DNA of 64,000 bases from Candidatus Omnitrophota bacterium (GCA_038222225.1 JBBRHV010000003.1:10331-74330); one strand, 5' to 3'; positions 51,113 through 62,817 are shown, numbered from the stretch's first letter. Numbers and translations: made by a program. Notes: generated from the sequence alone by a model not told the origin.

Positions 51113-51162
51113 GACTTTTCCTGTAAAAATATCAATTATTGTCGTCGAGAAATCACAAACAC

Positions 51163-51684
51163 TCAAGGAGCCGCTTGTTCCTGGGACAATCCCTGAAGAA
51201 GCACTAAAGCACGCCGAAAATTCTCTTCATTCCGCTCTTTCTGGAAGATCAAAAGACTTTTTTCCGCGTTGGCAATGGCCTGCTCTTTATCGCCCTGCAG
51301 ACCATTGGTAATGGCCAAAAGATAATACAATTCTCCCTGATCCGGAGCCACCCGTAACGCGGCCATGTAGGTCTGAGACGCATTATCAAAATCATTTAAA
51401 TGCATATAGGTCTGCCCCAGAACCAGATAGGGCTGTAGATCCTGAGGATTGCTTTGAATAGCCAATATCAGATTTTGTACCGCCTCTGCCGGCTTAGAGT
51501 CTTGAAGATAGGTGATCGCCTTAGCCAGATATTCGCCGCCCTGCTTGGACTGTGGCGTCTCTACAGAAGCTGTTTGCTCCTGCTGAGTCGTTTGAGGTTG
51601 AGGTGGTTTCTGGCATCCTGTCAGCACAAACATGACCGCCATCACAAAGGCTAGACGTTTCATATACCTGCTCCTTATGTTCAA
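51163..51684 (-). CDS. TPR lipoprotein
   Basis: LTGC lipobox, TPR helices; true start probably MKRL at 51663. Confidence 0.8.
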   Translation of the reverse strand: MNIRSRYMKRLAFVMAVMFVLTGCQKPPQPQTTQQEQTASVETPQSKQGGEYLAKAITYLQDSKPAEAVQNLILAIQSNPQDLQPYLVLGQTYMHLNDFDNASQTYMAALRVAPDQGELYYLLAITNGLQGDKEQAIANAEKSLLIFQKERNEENFRRALVLLQGLSQEQAAP

Positions 51685-51821
51685 TGATTAAAATTTAGTT
51701 TATTATACTATAGAATATAGATATATCAATCTTTAGAACATCAGATTGTCGCCTTCTTTTCCTATCCATAAATTCTTGAAAACAAATGGCTTACATAATT
51801 TTTAAAATATAAACCGTTTTA

Positions 51822-52570
51822 TTATGGAGTTTGACCCAGAAAATGCATGATATTGACATTCTCAACAACACTGACCACAGCCGGAGAAAGCCCGGTCCGG
51901 TCTTCTTTAAGAAAACCCTCTGGTGTATCCAGCGCTTGAGCCCATCCCTGCCGAAACGTCTCAATGTTTCCAACCGTTTCCACGTCGATTCTTTTTAAAT
52001 CAATACCACCCGTAGGCACCCCTTCATCGACCGGCCCGCCGCTGAAACGACAAAGCTCACCTCACTCCCAGCGCCCCTCCCCGCTCCCCCTTCCCGCGGC
52101 TTGGCCTGATACGCCAAGAACCGCGCCGCGACCTGTCTCATGAAAGATTTAAACCTTTTTCCATGCGTAAAAACGCCCTCTTCTTCCTCCGACACAAAAA
52201 ACGTTTCTCCGGCCCATTTCGGTCTGCCCAAAATCCGCTGCAATAATACGATCCTGCTCATAAGGGGATAGGTTGACCCAGAAATCCTCTTCCGGAATAG
52301 CCAAGCCGGTGAGAAAGAAATGATCAAAGATTCGCTTTCTTCTTTTAAAGATTCCTCGAACGCCTCTTGAGAGCCGGTATCCACAATAAAATCAAATTCA
52401 AAAGGCTTATCCAAATCAAACTGCAGGCCCTTTAAAAGAACTGGGCTGTAGGGTGGACTGAAGGTGACCAGTTGCCCAACAACGGGCAAAGTTGGCATGG
52501 GTTAAGCCAAACAAGGGTGAGGATATATAGAATAAAAAGGGGGAACTCCTAAAAATGCAATAAAAATTGC
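51822..52570 (-). pseudogene. collapsed remnant of an Omnitrophota-type giant secreted protein
   Basis: Signal-like segment with stop; P.LLKG...PF.FDFIVDTG; frameshifted WVNLSPYEQDRII..FGQTEMGR; C-terminal GGIDL; family assignment from recall. Confidence 0.7.
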
Positions 52571-52698
52571 TTTTTAAAAATAAAAAGTACTAATTTTCGT
52601 ATGTTTTTGCCTATTACACATAATATAAATATATATTTTTCAAAACATCCCTGCTTTTTTGTTTGCACTTTTCACGGTTTTTCAGTACAGTATCTTGC

Positions 52699-54048
52699 AT
52701 GACTCTCTGGATTCTCGGCTTTTTCATTCTGCTGCTCTTGATCGGATTCAAGGTTTCAGCAAAAACCAAAAACCCTTCTCAATTTTATATTGCAGGCGGT
52801 AGCAATTCTCTTTGGATCACGACTGCCAGTCTTCTGGCCACGATCCTGGGCAGTTCCGCGATCTTAGGAACGATCTCATTAAGTTTTAAGATCGGCTGGG
52901 CCGCCGTCTGGCTGATGCTCTCTGCCAGCCTGGGGCTTTTTGCCTTAGTCCCTCTTTCCAAATACGTGCGGCGTTACGGCCAATTTACCCTGCCGGAACT
53001 CTTTGGAAAATTCTTCGGCCCGCAAGCCTTCCGCATCTCTTCGATCATGATCCCCATTGCCTGGACCGGGGTCATCGCGGCTCAAATCATTGGCGGCGGA
53101 AAAATTTTAAATGCGGTCACGCCTTTAAGCTATCCGGCCGGCTGCGTCTGCTGCGGAACCATCTTTATCGGATACACCCTTTTGGGCGGGCAGCTTTCCA
53201 TTCTCAAAACCGATTTCTGGCAGGCCTTACTCATTCTTGCCGGACTGATCACCACGGCTTTCTTCGCAGCCAAAACCCTTGCCGCTCCTTTCGCGCATAC
53301 ACCGCTCAACACCTTTCCCTTTAACGCGCATTTTATGCCGCTGGATCTGGGGATTCTGCTTTTGACCTATGCATCGACTTTTCTGGTGGGTCCTGATATT
53401 TATTCGAGGCTGTTCTGCGCCCGCGACGAACGCACGGCAACCCATAGCGTTCTCTTAACGGCCGCTCTTCTGATCCCCGTAGGGATCCTGTTAACCATGA
53501 TCGGAATCTTCTCTCAGGCGTTATTTCCGTCTGCAGGAGCACGCACTCTGCAATCACTGATCCAAACCCTGCAATTTCTGCTGCCCCCGTGGGCGTTTGT
53601 GGTGATGGTCTTAGGCCTGTTGTCCGCCGTCCTGTCCTCGGCGGATACCACGCTTTTGACCTCGGCCACGATCTTTAACGGGTTGTTTCAGAATTTAAAA
53701 GACTCGGCCTCCATCGCCTTTACCCGGCTCTGGATCGGAATTTTCGGAATCCTGAGCACAACCATCGCGCTCTTTTTTACCAGCATTATTGAAGTCCTGC
53801 TCTTGGCCTTCTCATTTTTTTCCGGAGCCTTCTTGATCCCGGCGGTGGCGGGCTTACTGGGAAAGAAATTTTCACAACGGCGCATCTCCTGGGCCATGCT
53901 CACCGGCGGAACGCTGGCTTTAGCCGGAAAACTCACCGCCCTGTTCCTAAGTCCCACCACCGGACCCCTGCTGATCCTCGCGGCCTTCATGATCAATGCG
54001 GCGATTCTTTTTGTGCCGACACCTCAAACAAAAAAGCCGTTGGCTTAA
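52699..54048 (+). CDS. sodium:solute symporter family protein
   Basis: F.IAG, SL.AT, TLPE, Y...GG......TD..Q, SA.LSSADT. Confidence 0.9.
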   Translation: MTLWILGFFILLLLIGFKVSAKTKNPSQFYIAGGSNSLWITTASLLATILGSSAILGTISLSFKIGWAAVWLMLSASLGLFALVPLSKYVRRYGQFTLPELFGKFFGPQAFRISSIMIPIAWTGVIAAQIIGGGKILNAVTPLSYPAGCVCCGTIFIGYTLLGGQLSILKTDFWQALLILAGLITTAFFAAKTLAAPFAHTPLNTFPFNAHFMPLDLGILLLTYASTFLVGPDIYSRLFCARDERTATHSVLLTAALLIPVGILLTMIGIFSQALFPSAGARTLQSLIQTLQFLLPPWAFVVMVLGLLSAVLSSADTTLLTSATIFNGLFQNLKDSASIAFTRLWIGIFGILSTTIALFFTSIIEVLLLAFSFFSGAFLIPAVAGLLGKKFSQRRISWAMLTGGTLALAGKLTALFLSPTTGPLLILAAFMINAAILFVPTPQTKKPLA

Positions 54049-54066
54049 ATACAGCCAACGGCTTTT
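54032..54066. terminator. bidirectional intrinsic terminator
   Basis: AAAAGCCGTTGGCT-N-AGCCAACGGCTTTT between convergent genes. Confidence 0.85.
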
Positions 54067-54086
54067 CATCTGGTCATTGTGTTGAA

Positions 54087-55520
54087 TTAAATTTTGTCTT
54101 TTAGAAACTTATGAACACCCTCGGCGGCCAGCTGGCCTTCTTTAATAGCCCAAACCACCAGGGATTGCCCGCGGCGCAAGTCACCTGCCGCAAACACGCC
54201 CTTAACGCTGGTCATAAAATTCTGATCCGCTTTGACATTACCCCGTTCGTCCATTTCAATGCCGAGCTCTTCCACGGCTCCGCTACGGACCGGTCCGAGA
54301 AAGCCCATGGCCAAAAAAACATAATCACAATCCACTTCGAATTCTGAACCCGGGATCTCGTTCATTGAACGCCGACCAGTCTTAGGGTCCTTCTCGCCGA
54401 ATTCCAAGCGCACGGCATGGAGTTTTTTCAGCACGCCGTCGGTGCCGGTCAACCTCTTGGTCAAAACACAATATTCCTGCTGAACGCCTTCTTCATGCGA
54501 ACTGGACTTACGCTCAACAAAGGCCCACTGCGGCCAGGGATTATCCGGCGCGCGATCCTTTGGAGGACGAGGAAGCAACTCAAACTGTTTAACGCTCGCC
54601 GCACCCTGACGGTTGGATGTCCCCACGCAATCCGAGCCCGTATCCCCTCCACCGAGAACGACCACCTTCCTGCCTTTGACATCAATCCGCCCGCCTTCCA
54701 ATTTCAGCCCGCTGTTCAGACGGTTCTGCTGGGTCAGGAACTCCATGGCAAAATAGACGCCCTTCAGGTCTTCTCTGCCGGGGACATTCAGATCGCGCGG
54801 CGCTTCCGCTCCGCCGGAAAGAACGATGGCATCATATTTGTTCTTCAGCGCTGACAATGTCACGTCCCGACCGACATGAACAGCCGTTTTAAATTCAACG
54901 CCTTCCTTTTTCATGATTTCAAGACGGCGGTCAATCACTTTTTTATTCAGTTTAAAATCCGGAATTCCGAAGCGCAGCAAACCGCCAATGCGTTCGTTCT
55001 TTTCATACACGACAACCTTATGGCCGTACTTATTCAGCTGATCAGCGCAGGCTAAACCGGCCGGGCCGGATCCCACAATGGCCACGGTCTTCCCGGTGCG
55101 CGTTTTCGGGGGACGGGGCTTAACCCAGCCCTCTTCATAGGCCCGTTCAATGATCATCAATTCAATGTTTTTAATGGTCACCGCCGGAAAATTATATCCC
55201 AAAACACAGGAATTTTCGCACGGCGCCGGACAGATGCGCCCGGTAAATTCAGGAAAATTATTTGTCTTAAACAAACGATCGATCGCCTCTTCCCAGCGGT
55301 CCTGATACACCAGTTCGTTCCACTCCGGGATCAAATTATCCACCGGGCAGCCGGACTGACAAAAAGGAATTCCGCAATCCATGCAGCGGGCGCCCTGGGC
55401 CTGGATCTCTTCGTTCTTCAGGAACTTCGTGAATTCATTCCAGTGCTTCAGGCGTTCGCCGACCGGCTCCTTGTCCAGATCCTGACGGTCGTGTTTTAGA
55501 AATCCTTTTACTTCTCCCAT
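54087..55520 (-). CDS. gltD: glutamate synthase small subunit
   Basis: [36 protein letters not shown]. Confidence 0.97.
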   Translation of the reverse strand: MGEVKGFLKHDRQDLDKEPVGERLKHWNEFTKFLKNEEIQAQGARCMDCGIPFCQSGCPVDNLIPEWNELVYQDRWEEAIDRLFKTNNFPEFTGRICPAPCENSCVLGYNFPAVTIKNIELMIIERAYEEGWVKPRPPKTRTGKTVAIVGSGPAGLACADQLNKYGHKVVVYEKNERIGGLLRFGIPDFKLNKKVIDRRLEIMKKEGVEFKTAVHVGRDVTLSALKNKYDAIVLSGGAEAPRDLNVPGREDLKGVYFAMEFLTQQNRLNSGLKLEGGRIDVKGRKVVVLGGGDTGSDCVGTSNRQGAASVKQFELLPRPPKDRAPDNPWPQWAFVERKSSSHEEGVQQEYCVLTKRLTGTDGVLKKLHAVRLEFGEKDPKTGRRSMNEIPGSEFEVDCDYVFLAMGFLGPVRSGAVEELGIEMDERGNVKADQNFMTSVKGVFAAGDLRRGQSLVVWAIKEGQLAAEGVHKFLKDKI

Positions 55521-55582
55521 AATACGAATCCTCTTTAAAAGGGACACCGAGCTTAATCATAAACCCGATCTCCATGTTCGCT

Positions 55583-58500
55583 TTATTCCCAGACCGAATC
55601 CCTCGTGACCAACAGTTCCTCGGGCTCCTCCACAGAGCTGTTCTGCTCAATAACCAGCCGGTAATCACGGGGATAAACTTTAACAAACTGCGACAAGACC
55701 TCGTTCCAGTGATCCAGCACAGACCGGGCAACAGCACTGTCAGTATACTGATAATGTGCCCGTATCAACTGCAATAACTCGGCAGAATCCTCCGACGATT
55801 CGACCGGAAGCAGATCAGCCATGCCATCATTGAACCGGGTGTGAAAATCTCCCGCTCTATCCCACACATACGCGATCCCGCCGCTCATCCCCGCGCCGAA
55901 ATTGCGACCGGTAGACCCTAAAACAACAACACGCCCACCAGTCATATATTCACAGCAATGATCCCCCGCGCCTTCAACAACGGCATGGGCCCCGCTGTTA
56001 CGCACGCAGAACCGCTCACCGGCTATTCCTCTAAAATAGGCCTCACCGCAGATCGCGCCGTAAAGAAGAACGTTTCCCACGAGAATATTCTGCTCGGGAA
56101 CGAACGTCGCATTCTTAGGAGGATAAACAATGATTTTTCCGCCGGACAATCCCTTGCCCAAATAATCATTGGCATCGCCCTCTAAAGTGAAGGTAACCCC
56201 CCGCGATAAAAACGCGCCGAAACTCTGTCCGGCTGAGCCGGTAAAATGGATCTTAATGGTGTCTTCCGGAAGGCCTTGCATGCCGTACTTTCTAGCGATA
56301 AAAGAACTCAACATCGCCCCGACGGTGCGGTTAACGTTGCTGATTTCGGAATCAAAACTGACCGGACGACGAGTCTCAATCGCCTTTTTACAATGCTTGA
56401 TCAATTCATTATCAAGCGCTTTTTCCAATCCATGCTGCTGTTTCTCCTCGCAAGAAATCGCAATGTGTCCATAGACGTCAGGTTTATGAAGCACGTAGGT
56501 CAAATCGATGCCTTTGGTCTTCCAATGACCAACAGCTTCCTGCACGTCAAGCATATCCACCCGGCCGATCATTTCTTTAAATGTCCTAAAACCCAGGCCT
56601 GCCATGATCTCGCGGACTTCTTCAGCCACAAACATGAAATAGTTTACAACATGCTCCGGCTTTCCCTCAAATTTCTTGCGCAGTTGCGGGTCCTGTGTTG
56701 CAATTCCGACGGAACAGGTGTTCAAATGACATTTACGCAGCATCACACAACCCATCGTGACGAGCGCGATTGTCCCGAATCCAAACTCATCCGCCCCCAG
56801 CATCGCCGTAATAACGACATCGCGTCCCGTACGGATCAGCCCGTCGGCCTGGACCCGTATGCGGCCGCGAAGGTCATTCATAACCAAAACCTGCTGCGCT
56901 TCAGCCAATCCAAGTTCCATCGGCAACCCCGCATACTTAATCGATGTCTGCGGAGAAGCGCCTGTCCCACCCTCGCCTCCGCTGATCACCACATGGTCCG
57001 CTTTTCCTTTAGACACGCCGGCAGCAACCGTTCCCACGCCAACCTCCGAAACCAGCTTGACACTGATATCCGCGTTTGCGTTCACGTTCTTTAAGTCGTG
57101 GATCAATTGCGCCAAGTCTTCGATCGAATAGATATCATGATGCGGAGGAGGCGAAATAAGTGCAACCCCCGGAGTGGTTAAGCGTGTTTTGGCAATTTCT
57201 GGACTCACCTTATGTCCAGGCAGTTGTCCGCCCTCGCCGGGTTTGGCTCCTTGCGCCATTTTAATCTGGATCTGATCAGCGTTCACTAAATATTCAACCG
57301 TTACGCCGAATCGGCCCTGTGCAACCTGCTTGATGCGGCTCCGTCGATAATCTCCATTGGCATCGCGCTGAAACCGTTCTGGGTCTTCGCCGCCTTCACC
57401 AGTATTGGAAAACCCGCCTAACCGGTTCATGGCTATAGCCAGACACTCATGGGCCTCCCTTGAGATGGATCCATACGACATGCCGCCGGTAGCAAACCGC
57501 TTGACGATCTCCGCAGCCGGCTCGACCTCCTCAATCGGAATGGATTTTTTATTTTTGAATTTCAAAAGCCCTCGGATCGTTGTGAGATTCGTCTGATAAT
57601 TATTCAGGTACTGCGCGAATTCCCGATAGGCCTCCTTATTATTTGTCCGGACCGCATAATGAAGCTTTTGGATCGTATACGGATTGATCTGGTGTTGTTC
57701 GTCATCCTTGCGCCAATGATAAAACCCGCCGCTGTCCAAAAGGCCAACATCCGGTCTCGGCTCTTCGGAATAAACAGCTTCATGCCGCATCAACACTTCT
57801 TGGGCAACATCTTCTATGCCAATACCGCCTATCCGCGAAACAGTGGCCGTAAAATAACGCTTCACAAATTCTTCTGCAAGCCCGACAGCCTCAAAGATCT
57901 GCGCGCCGCAATAGGACTGAACCGTTGAAATCCCCATCTTGGATATAATCTTAAATAGGCCTTTACGCGTACTTTTCAAAAAATTCTTAACCGCAAGTTC
58001 ATGCGTCAGGCCTTCCGGTAAAAGGCCTTTCGACAGACGGTCCGCAATGATCTCGCCGATAAGATAAGGGTTGATCGCGTTACAGCCATACCCGATCAGA
58101 AGGGCGAAATGATGCATTTCGCGCGCTTCCCCTGTCTCAACGATCAAGCTCACCTTGGTCCGGGTCTGCCGGCGCACCAAATGCTGATGCAGCCCCGAGC
58201 AGGCCAAAAGCGCCGGAATCGGCGCATTCTTCTCATTCGTCGCACGATCGGACAGAATCAGGATGTTGCAGCCTTCTTCAATCGCCTTGTCCACCTGCAC
58301 AAAAAGCTCTTCCAAGGCGGACTCTAACCCTTTCTTGCCAAACGCGGCCTCAAAGGTCATTTGCAATGTCCTCGACTGAAAATCAGGATCTTTAAGATCG
58401 CGAATCTTTTCCAGCTCGCGGTTAGTTATTAAAGGTCTTTTTAAACGGATACGCCGGGTGTGGACCTCGGTCTCATCCAGCAGATTTGCCTCAGCCCCCA

Positions 58501-60136
58501 ACAAGACCCGTTCCGACATAACGTTTTCTTCGCGAATCGGATCAATCGGAGGATTCGTCACCTGTGCGAACAGTTGTTTAAAATAATGATACAAAAGCTG
58601 CGGTTTATTTGATAACACCGCCAGCGAAGAATCTGCCCCCATGTAGCCCGTAGCCTCTTCCCCGTTGACGATCATGGGAAGGATCACCATGTTGATATCC
58701 TCAAGGGTATAACCAAAAGCCTTCTGTCGCTGTAAAAGCGTTTTCAGGTCCGGTTCATGATACCGTTTCGGACCCGGAAGGCTTTCCAGATCAACAATAT
58801 TCTTCTGCAGCCACTCGCCGTAAGGCTTTGCGCTCGAGCATTCTTTTTTAAGCTCTGTATCGTCGATAATACGGCCCTGCTGCGTATCGATCAGAAATAT
58901 CTTTCCTGGTCTGAGGCGCTCTTTAGCCTTGACCTGTTGCGGAGCAACCGGAAGAACCCCGGTCTCAGATGCCATGATCACAACATCATCATGAGTAACC
59001 GTGATCCGTGACGGACGAAGGCCGTTCCGGTCCAAGATCGCGCCAATATAGCGTCCATCGGTAAAAGCAATGGATGCCGGTCCGTCCCAGGGCTCCATCA
59101 GGCATGAATGATACTCGTAAAAATCTTTTCTTTCCTGGGACATGCTTTCATGGCTAACCCAGGCCTCCGGAACCATCATCATCAACGCATGCGGCAGGCT
59201 TCGGCCAGACAAGACCAAAAATTCCAGGGCGTTGTCAAAAGTCGCCGAGTCGCTGACGTGCGGAACCACAATCGGCAGGGCCTTTTTTAATTCTTCGTCG
59301 CTGAAAACCTTAGAAACAAAATCTTTCTCGCGCGCTCGCATCCAGTTGAAATTTCCCCGCAAGGTATTAATCTCGCCGTTATGCGCGATCATTCGAAACG
59401 GATGAGCAAGCGCCCACGTCGGGAATGTGTTGGTGCTATAGCGTGAATGAACCATCGCCAAACCCGTTTCAAAATCAGGGTCCGCTAGATCCGTAAAAAA
59501 ACTGTCCACCTGATCCGCCAGCAGCTGGCCTTTATAAACGATTGTTCTTGATGATAAACTACAGAAATAAAAAGATCTCTTCTCTCTCAGGATCGATTCT
59601 TCAATTTTATTAAAAAGACTCTTGCGAATCACATAAAGCTTCAATTCAAACCGCTCTTGCGGCGTCTTTTCTCCACGGCCAATAATGATCTGCCGAAAAA
59701 TCGGCATGCCGGACCTAGCGACGGATCCGATCTTTTCAGGGTCAATCGGCACATCGCGCCACCCGAGGAAAATCTGTCCTTCCTGCCGGACAGCACGTTC
59801 AATCCACTCCTGGATCGTATTGCGCGACTCCAGGTTGCACGGCAAAAACGTCATTCCCACGCCGTAATCGCCCTCGCAGGGCAGATCAATGTTCAATTTT
59901 GCGCATTCTTTGCGAAAAAACTTATCCGGCATTTGGACCAGAATGCCCGCGCCATCACCGGTCAAAGGATCCGAACCGGTCGCACCCCGATGATTGAGAT
60001 TCTCAAGAATCCTGATTCCGTCACGAACCATCTTATGCGTTTTGTGGCCCTTCATATGACAAATAAAACCGACCCCGCAACTATCATGCTCATAAAACGG
60101 ATCATACAGACCTTGTTTTTCCGGATACTGATTCAT
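55583..60136 (-). CDS. gltB: glutamate synthase large subunit
   Basis: EHDSCGVG, QGAKPGEGGQLP, CHLNTC; start corrected. Confidence 0.99.
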   Translation of the reverse strand: MNQYPEKQGLYDPFYEHDSCGVGFICHMKGHKTHKMVRDGIRILENLNHRGATGSDPLTGDGAGILVQMPDKFFRKECAKLNIDLPCEGDYGVGMTFLPCNLESRNTIQEWIERAVRQEGQIFLGWRDVPIDPEKIGSVARSGMPIFRQIIIGRGEKTPQERFELKLYVIRKSLFNKIEESILREKRSFYFCSLSSRTIVYKGQLLADQVDSFFTDLADPDFETGLAMVHSRYSTNTFPTWALAHPFRMIAHNGEINTLRGNFNWMRAREKDFVSKVFSDEELKKALPIVVPHVSDSATFDNALEFLVLSGRSLPHALMMMVPEAWVSHESMSQERKDFYEYHSCLMEPWDGPASIAFTDGRYIGAILDRNGLRPSRITVTHDDVVIMASETGVLPVAPQQVKAKERLRPGKIFLIDTQQGRIIDDTELKKECSSAKPYGEWLQKNIVDLESLPGPKRYHEPDLKTLLQRQKAFGYTLEDINMVILPMIVNGEEATGYMGADSSLAVLSNKPQLLYHYFKQLFAQVTNPPIDPIREENVMSERVLLGAEANLLDETEVHTRRIRLKRPLITNRELEKIRDLKDPDFQSRTLQMTFEAAFGKKGLESALEELFVQVDKAIEEGCNILILSDRATNEKNAPIPALLACSGLHQHLVRRQTRTKVSLIVETGEAREMHHFALLIGYGCNAINPYLIGEIIADRLSKGLLPEGLTHELAVKNFLKSTRKGLFKIISKMGISTVQSYCGAQIFEAVGLAEEFVKRYFTATVSRIGGIGIEDVAQEVLMRHEAVYSEEPRPDVGLLDSGGFYHWRKDDEQHQINPYTIQKLHYAVRTNNKEAYREFAQYLNNYQTNLTTIRGLLKFKNKKSIPIEEVEPAAEIVKRFATGGMSYGSISREAHECLAIAMNRLGGFSNTGEGGEDPERFQRDANGDYRRSRIKQVAQGRFGVTVEYLVNADQIQIKMAQGAKPGEGGQLPGHKVSPEIAKTRLTTPGVALISPPPHHDIYSIEDLAQLIHDLKNVNANADISVKLVSEVGVGTVAAGVSKGKADHVVISGGEGGTGASPQTSIKYAGLPMELGLAEAQQVLVMNDLRGRIRVQADGLIRTGRDVVITAMLGADEFGFGTIALVTMGCVMLRKCHLNTCSVGIATQDPQLRKKFEGKPEHVVNYFMFVAEEVREIMAGLGFRTFKEMIGRVDMLDVQEAVGHWKTKGIDLTYVLHKPDVYGHIAISCEEKQQHGLEKALDNELIKHCKKAIETRRPVSFDSEISNVNRTVGAMLSSFIARKYGMQGLPEDTIKIHFTGSAGQSFGAFLSRGVTFTLEGDANDYLGKGLSGGKIIVYPPKNATFVPEQNILVGNVLLYGAICGEAYFRGIAGERFCVRNSGAHAVVEGAGDHCCEYMTGGRVVVLGSTGRNFGAGMSGGIAYVWDRAGDFHTRFNDGMADLLPVESSEDSAELLQLIRAHYQYTDSAVARSVLDHWNEVLSQFVKVYPRDYRLVIEQNSSVEEPEELLVTRDSVWE

Positions 60137-60149
60137 GAACAACCTCTCT

Positions 60150-61832
60150 TTAATACTCTTTATACTTATTAGTAATCGGCAAACGCCAATCCTTACCAAA
60201 TGCCCGCGGCGTGATCTTCACGCCGGGCGGAGCCTGACGGCGTTTATATTCGCTTTGGTCAACCAGCCGGAAAACCCGCTGAACGAGCTCAGAGCTCTGA
60301 GCCTTCTTTAAGATCTGCTTAAAGGAACGCTGCCGTTCAATATAATCAATTAAGATCTCGTCTAGAATTTCATACGCCGGCAAAAAATCCTGATCCGTCT
60401 GATTAAACTTAAGTTCCGCGGAAGGCGGCCGGTCCAAAACCGACTGCGGAATGATCTTCTGACCGGCCAGAGCATTCCGGTAACGCGCCAGCTCATACAC
60501 CCGTGTTTTATAGACATCCTTAATGACCGCAAACCCACCGGACATATCTCCGTAGAGCGTGCAATACCCGACGGCCATCTCGCTTTTGTTCCCGGTGGTC
60601 AAAACCAGCCAGCCGTGTTTATTGGAAAGCGCCATCAAATAATTTCCGCGAATGCGGGCTTGTAAATTTTCTTCCGCCACATTTTCCGGAAGCCCCTGAA
60701 AAACGCCGGACAGTGTTTTAAGATACGCCTCAAAAGTCGGTTTCAGCGGTATCTCGCAAAATTGAATCCCGAAATTCTCAGCAACCGTTCGAGCATCCGC
60801 ATATGTGCCGGCACTGGTATACTGAGACGGCATTGAAACGCCGATCACATTTTTAGATCCGATGGCATCAACGGCAATGCAGGCCACCAAAGAAGAATCA
60901 ATCCCGCCGCTCAAACCGATGACCGCTTTTTGAAACCCGTTCTTGGCCATATAATCCCGTGTCCCTAAAACAAGCGCTTTATAAATACGCTCAATCTTTT
61001 CACTCTTCGGCTGCATTTGGCGCGGCACCGGCGGCTTTTGCCGCCCATTGCCGCAAGTGAGAACAATCACGTCCTTGCCTGGTTTTCTCCGTCTGGAAAG
61101 GCGGGGCAGAACAACATCGGTCACCAGAAAATCTTCCTCAAAAAGACACGCCGTTGACAGAACTTTTCCGTCAGGGGAATACACGCAGCTGCCGCCGTCA
61201 AACACGATCTCATCCTGGCCTCCGACTAAATTCACATAGAACACGAACGCCTGCGCTTCTTTGGCCCGGCGGGATAACAGTTTGTGACGAACTTCTAGCT
61301 TCCCGATATCATACGGAGAGCCGGACATGTTGATCAAGACATCCACGCCCTGCTGAATTTGAAAGGCATGCGCTCCGTTTTCCGGCCAGATGTCTTCACA
61401 GATGCTCAGGCCGATCCGAACATCACCGATCTGAAAAACCGGATTCTGTTCTCCGCGCACAAAATACCGGCGCTCATCAAAAACTCCGTAATTCGGGAGA
61501 TGATGCTTATGATAAATACCGGCAATCTTTCCGCCGCTCAGCACCGCGGCCGCGTTAAAGAGCTGCCCGCTCCGGTCCCGGTCAACAAATCCGACAGCAA
61601 CACTGATGCCGCGCGAATGCGTTTTCAAGGAGTGCAGAAATTTTATATTGTCCGCGACAAAATGCGGTTTTAAAACCAGGTCTTCCGGTGGATAACCGCA
61701 CAGGGTCATTTCCGGAAAAACCACAAGGTCGACCGCCAAATTTTTAGCCTGACTGATCAGGCCTAAAATTTTCTGCCGGTTCCCGCTTAAGTCCCCGACT
61801 GTCGTATTGATTTGAGCCAGCGCAATTCGCAT
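60150..61832 (-). CDS. nadE: glutamine-dependent NAD+ synthetase
   Basis: Nitrilase domain (ICEDIW) plus GLSGGIDS, TGNKSE, EYKR.Q. Confidence 0.97.
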   Translation of the reverse strand: MRIALAQINTTVGDLSGNRQKILGLISQAKNLAVDLVVFPEMTLCGYPPEDLVLKPHFVADNIKFLHSLKTHSRGISVAVGFVDRDRSGQLFNAAAVLSGGKIAGIYHKHHLPNYGVFDERRYFVRGEQNPVFQIGDVRIGLSICEDIWPENGAHAFQIQQGVDVLINMSGSPYDIGKLEVRHKLLSRRAKEAQAFVFYVNLVGGQDEIVFDGGSCVYSPDGKVLSTACLFEEDFLVTDVVLPRLSRRRKPGKDVIVLTCGNGRQKPPVPRQMQPKSEKIERIYKALVLGTRDYMAKNGFQKAVIGLSGGIDSSLVACIAVDAIGSKNVIGVSMPSQYTSAGTYADARTVAENFGIQFCEIPLKPTFEAYLKTLSGVFQGLPENVAEENLQARIRGNYLMALSNKHGWLVLTTGNKSEMAVGYCTLYGDMSGGFAVIKDVYKTRVYELARYRNALAGQKIIPQSVLDRPPSAELKFNQTDQDFLPAYEILDEILIDYIERQRSFKQILKKAQSSELVQRVFRLVDQSEYKRRQAPPGVKITPRAFGKDWRLPITNKYKEY

Positions 61833-61854
61833 AACCAAGACCCCTGACGTCCTA

Positions 61855-62550
61855 TTACATTATATTAAGTAAATTATTATATATATTTTCACTTAGTTGG
61901 CAAAACCTTTCTTGATTTTCCTGAAATTCGCGCGCCAAGGAATGCCTCTTTTCAAAAATATCGCCTCTTTCAACAGAACAATACGCCTTTGCCCAAACCT
62001 CTGCCATTTTCTCAGTTATTTCCATATGACACTGAAAACCATAGACTTGCGAACCTAAACGAAAGGCCTGGTTGCGGCATTCGCGCCCCTCCAACAGAAG
62101 CGTTGCCCCTTGCGGCAGGTCAAAGGTATCGCCATGCCATTCAAAATAATTTTCCTGCCGACAAACACCATCAAACAAAGGATCCTTAAGGCCCTGTTCC
62201 GTTAGAGAAAGCGACTTAAACCCGATTTCCTCTTTCTCGCACCGGTACACCTTAGCCCCGGCTGCCTTAGCAATCAGCTGCGCCCCAAGACATAACCCCA
62301 AAGTCGGAACACCTTGATCAATCAAACGCCGGATGAAATCTGTTTCATCACGCAAAAAAGGATACTTCTGTTCTTCATACACATTCATCGGCCCACCCAA
62401 GATCACTGCCAGCTCAATGTCGCTCACCTTCTCCGGCAAAACTTCCCCTACGCTCAATTCAATCGTGCGTGCAAAAAACCCCTGTCTCTCCAGAAACTCT
62501 CCTAGCGTCCCCGGCCCTTCGATATTAATGTTTTTTAGATAAAGCACCAT
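61855..62550 (-). CDS. type 1 glutamine amidotransferase
   Basis: GGPMNVY, GLCLGAQ, WHGD, QCH.E. Confidence 0.9.
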   Translation of the reverse strand: MVLYLKNINIEGPGTLGEFLERQGFFARTIELSVGEVLPEKVSDIELAVILGGPMNVYEEQKYPFLRDETDFIRRLIDQGVPTLGLCLGAQLIAKAAGAKVYRCEKEEIGFKSLSLTEQGLKDPLFDGVCRQENYFEWHGDTFDLPQGATLLLEGRECRNQAFRLGSQVYGFQCHMEITEKMAEVWAKAYCSVERGDIFEKRHSLAREFQENQERFCQLSENIYNNLLNIM

Positions 62551-62554
62551 AATC

Positions 62555-62665
62555 AACCTCGTAGGTTACTTCGTAGGTTAGAACCTACGAAGTTAAATTA
62601 AAAAAGCGTAGCACGTAAAGAAACTTCCACGCTTTACGTCTACGCTCAAATCTTTACGCTTTTTT
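62555..62665. repeat. REP-like palindrome and heptamer remnants
   Basis: ACTTCGTAGGTT-AG-AACCTACGAAGT; AGCGTA/TACGCT units. Confidence 0.55.
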
Positions 62666-62817
62666 AAGGGGGTGGAGGTGGACCTGCTGGAAGTCCACCC
62701 CACCAATGGGATGCATCCTACACAACATCCCGATAACCTCCTCTAAACACTCACATCAGCATCTGCTCCTTCCAGCGAAGCATGCTCCTGTGCTGTACAA
62801 ATACGCTCCTGTACACC

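Noticed and set aside
62668-62745. Hairpins downstream of glnA as SRP RNA or another ncRNA
   Set aside because: Lacks the SRP helix-8 consensus; more likely terminator or stability hairpins.
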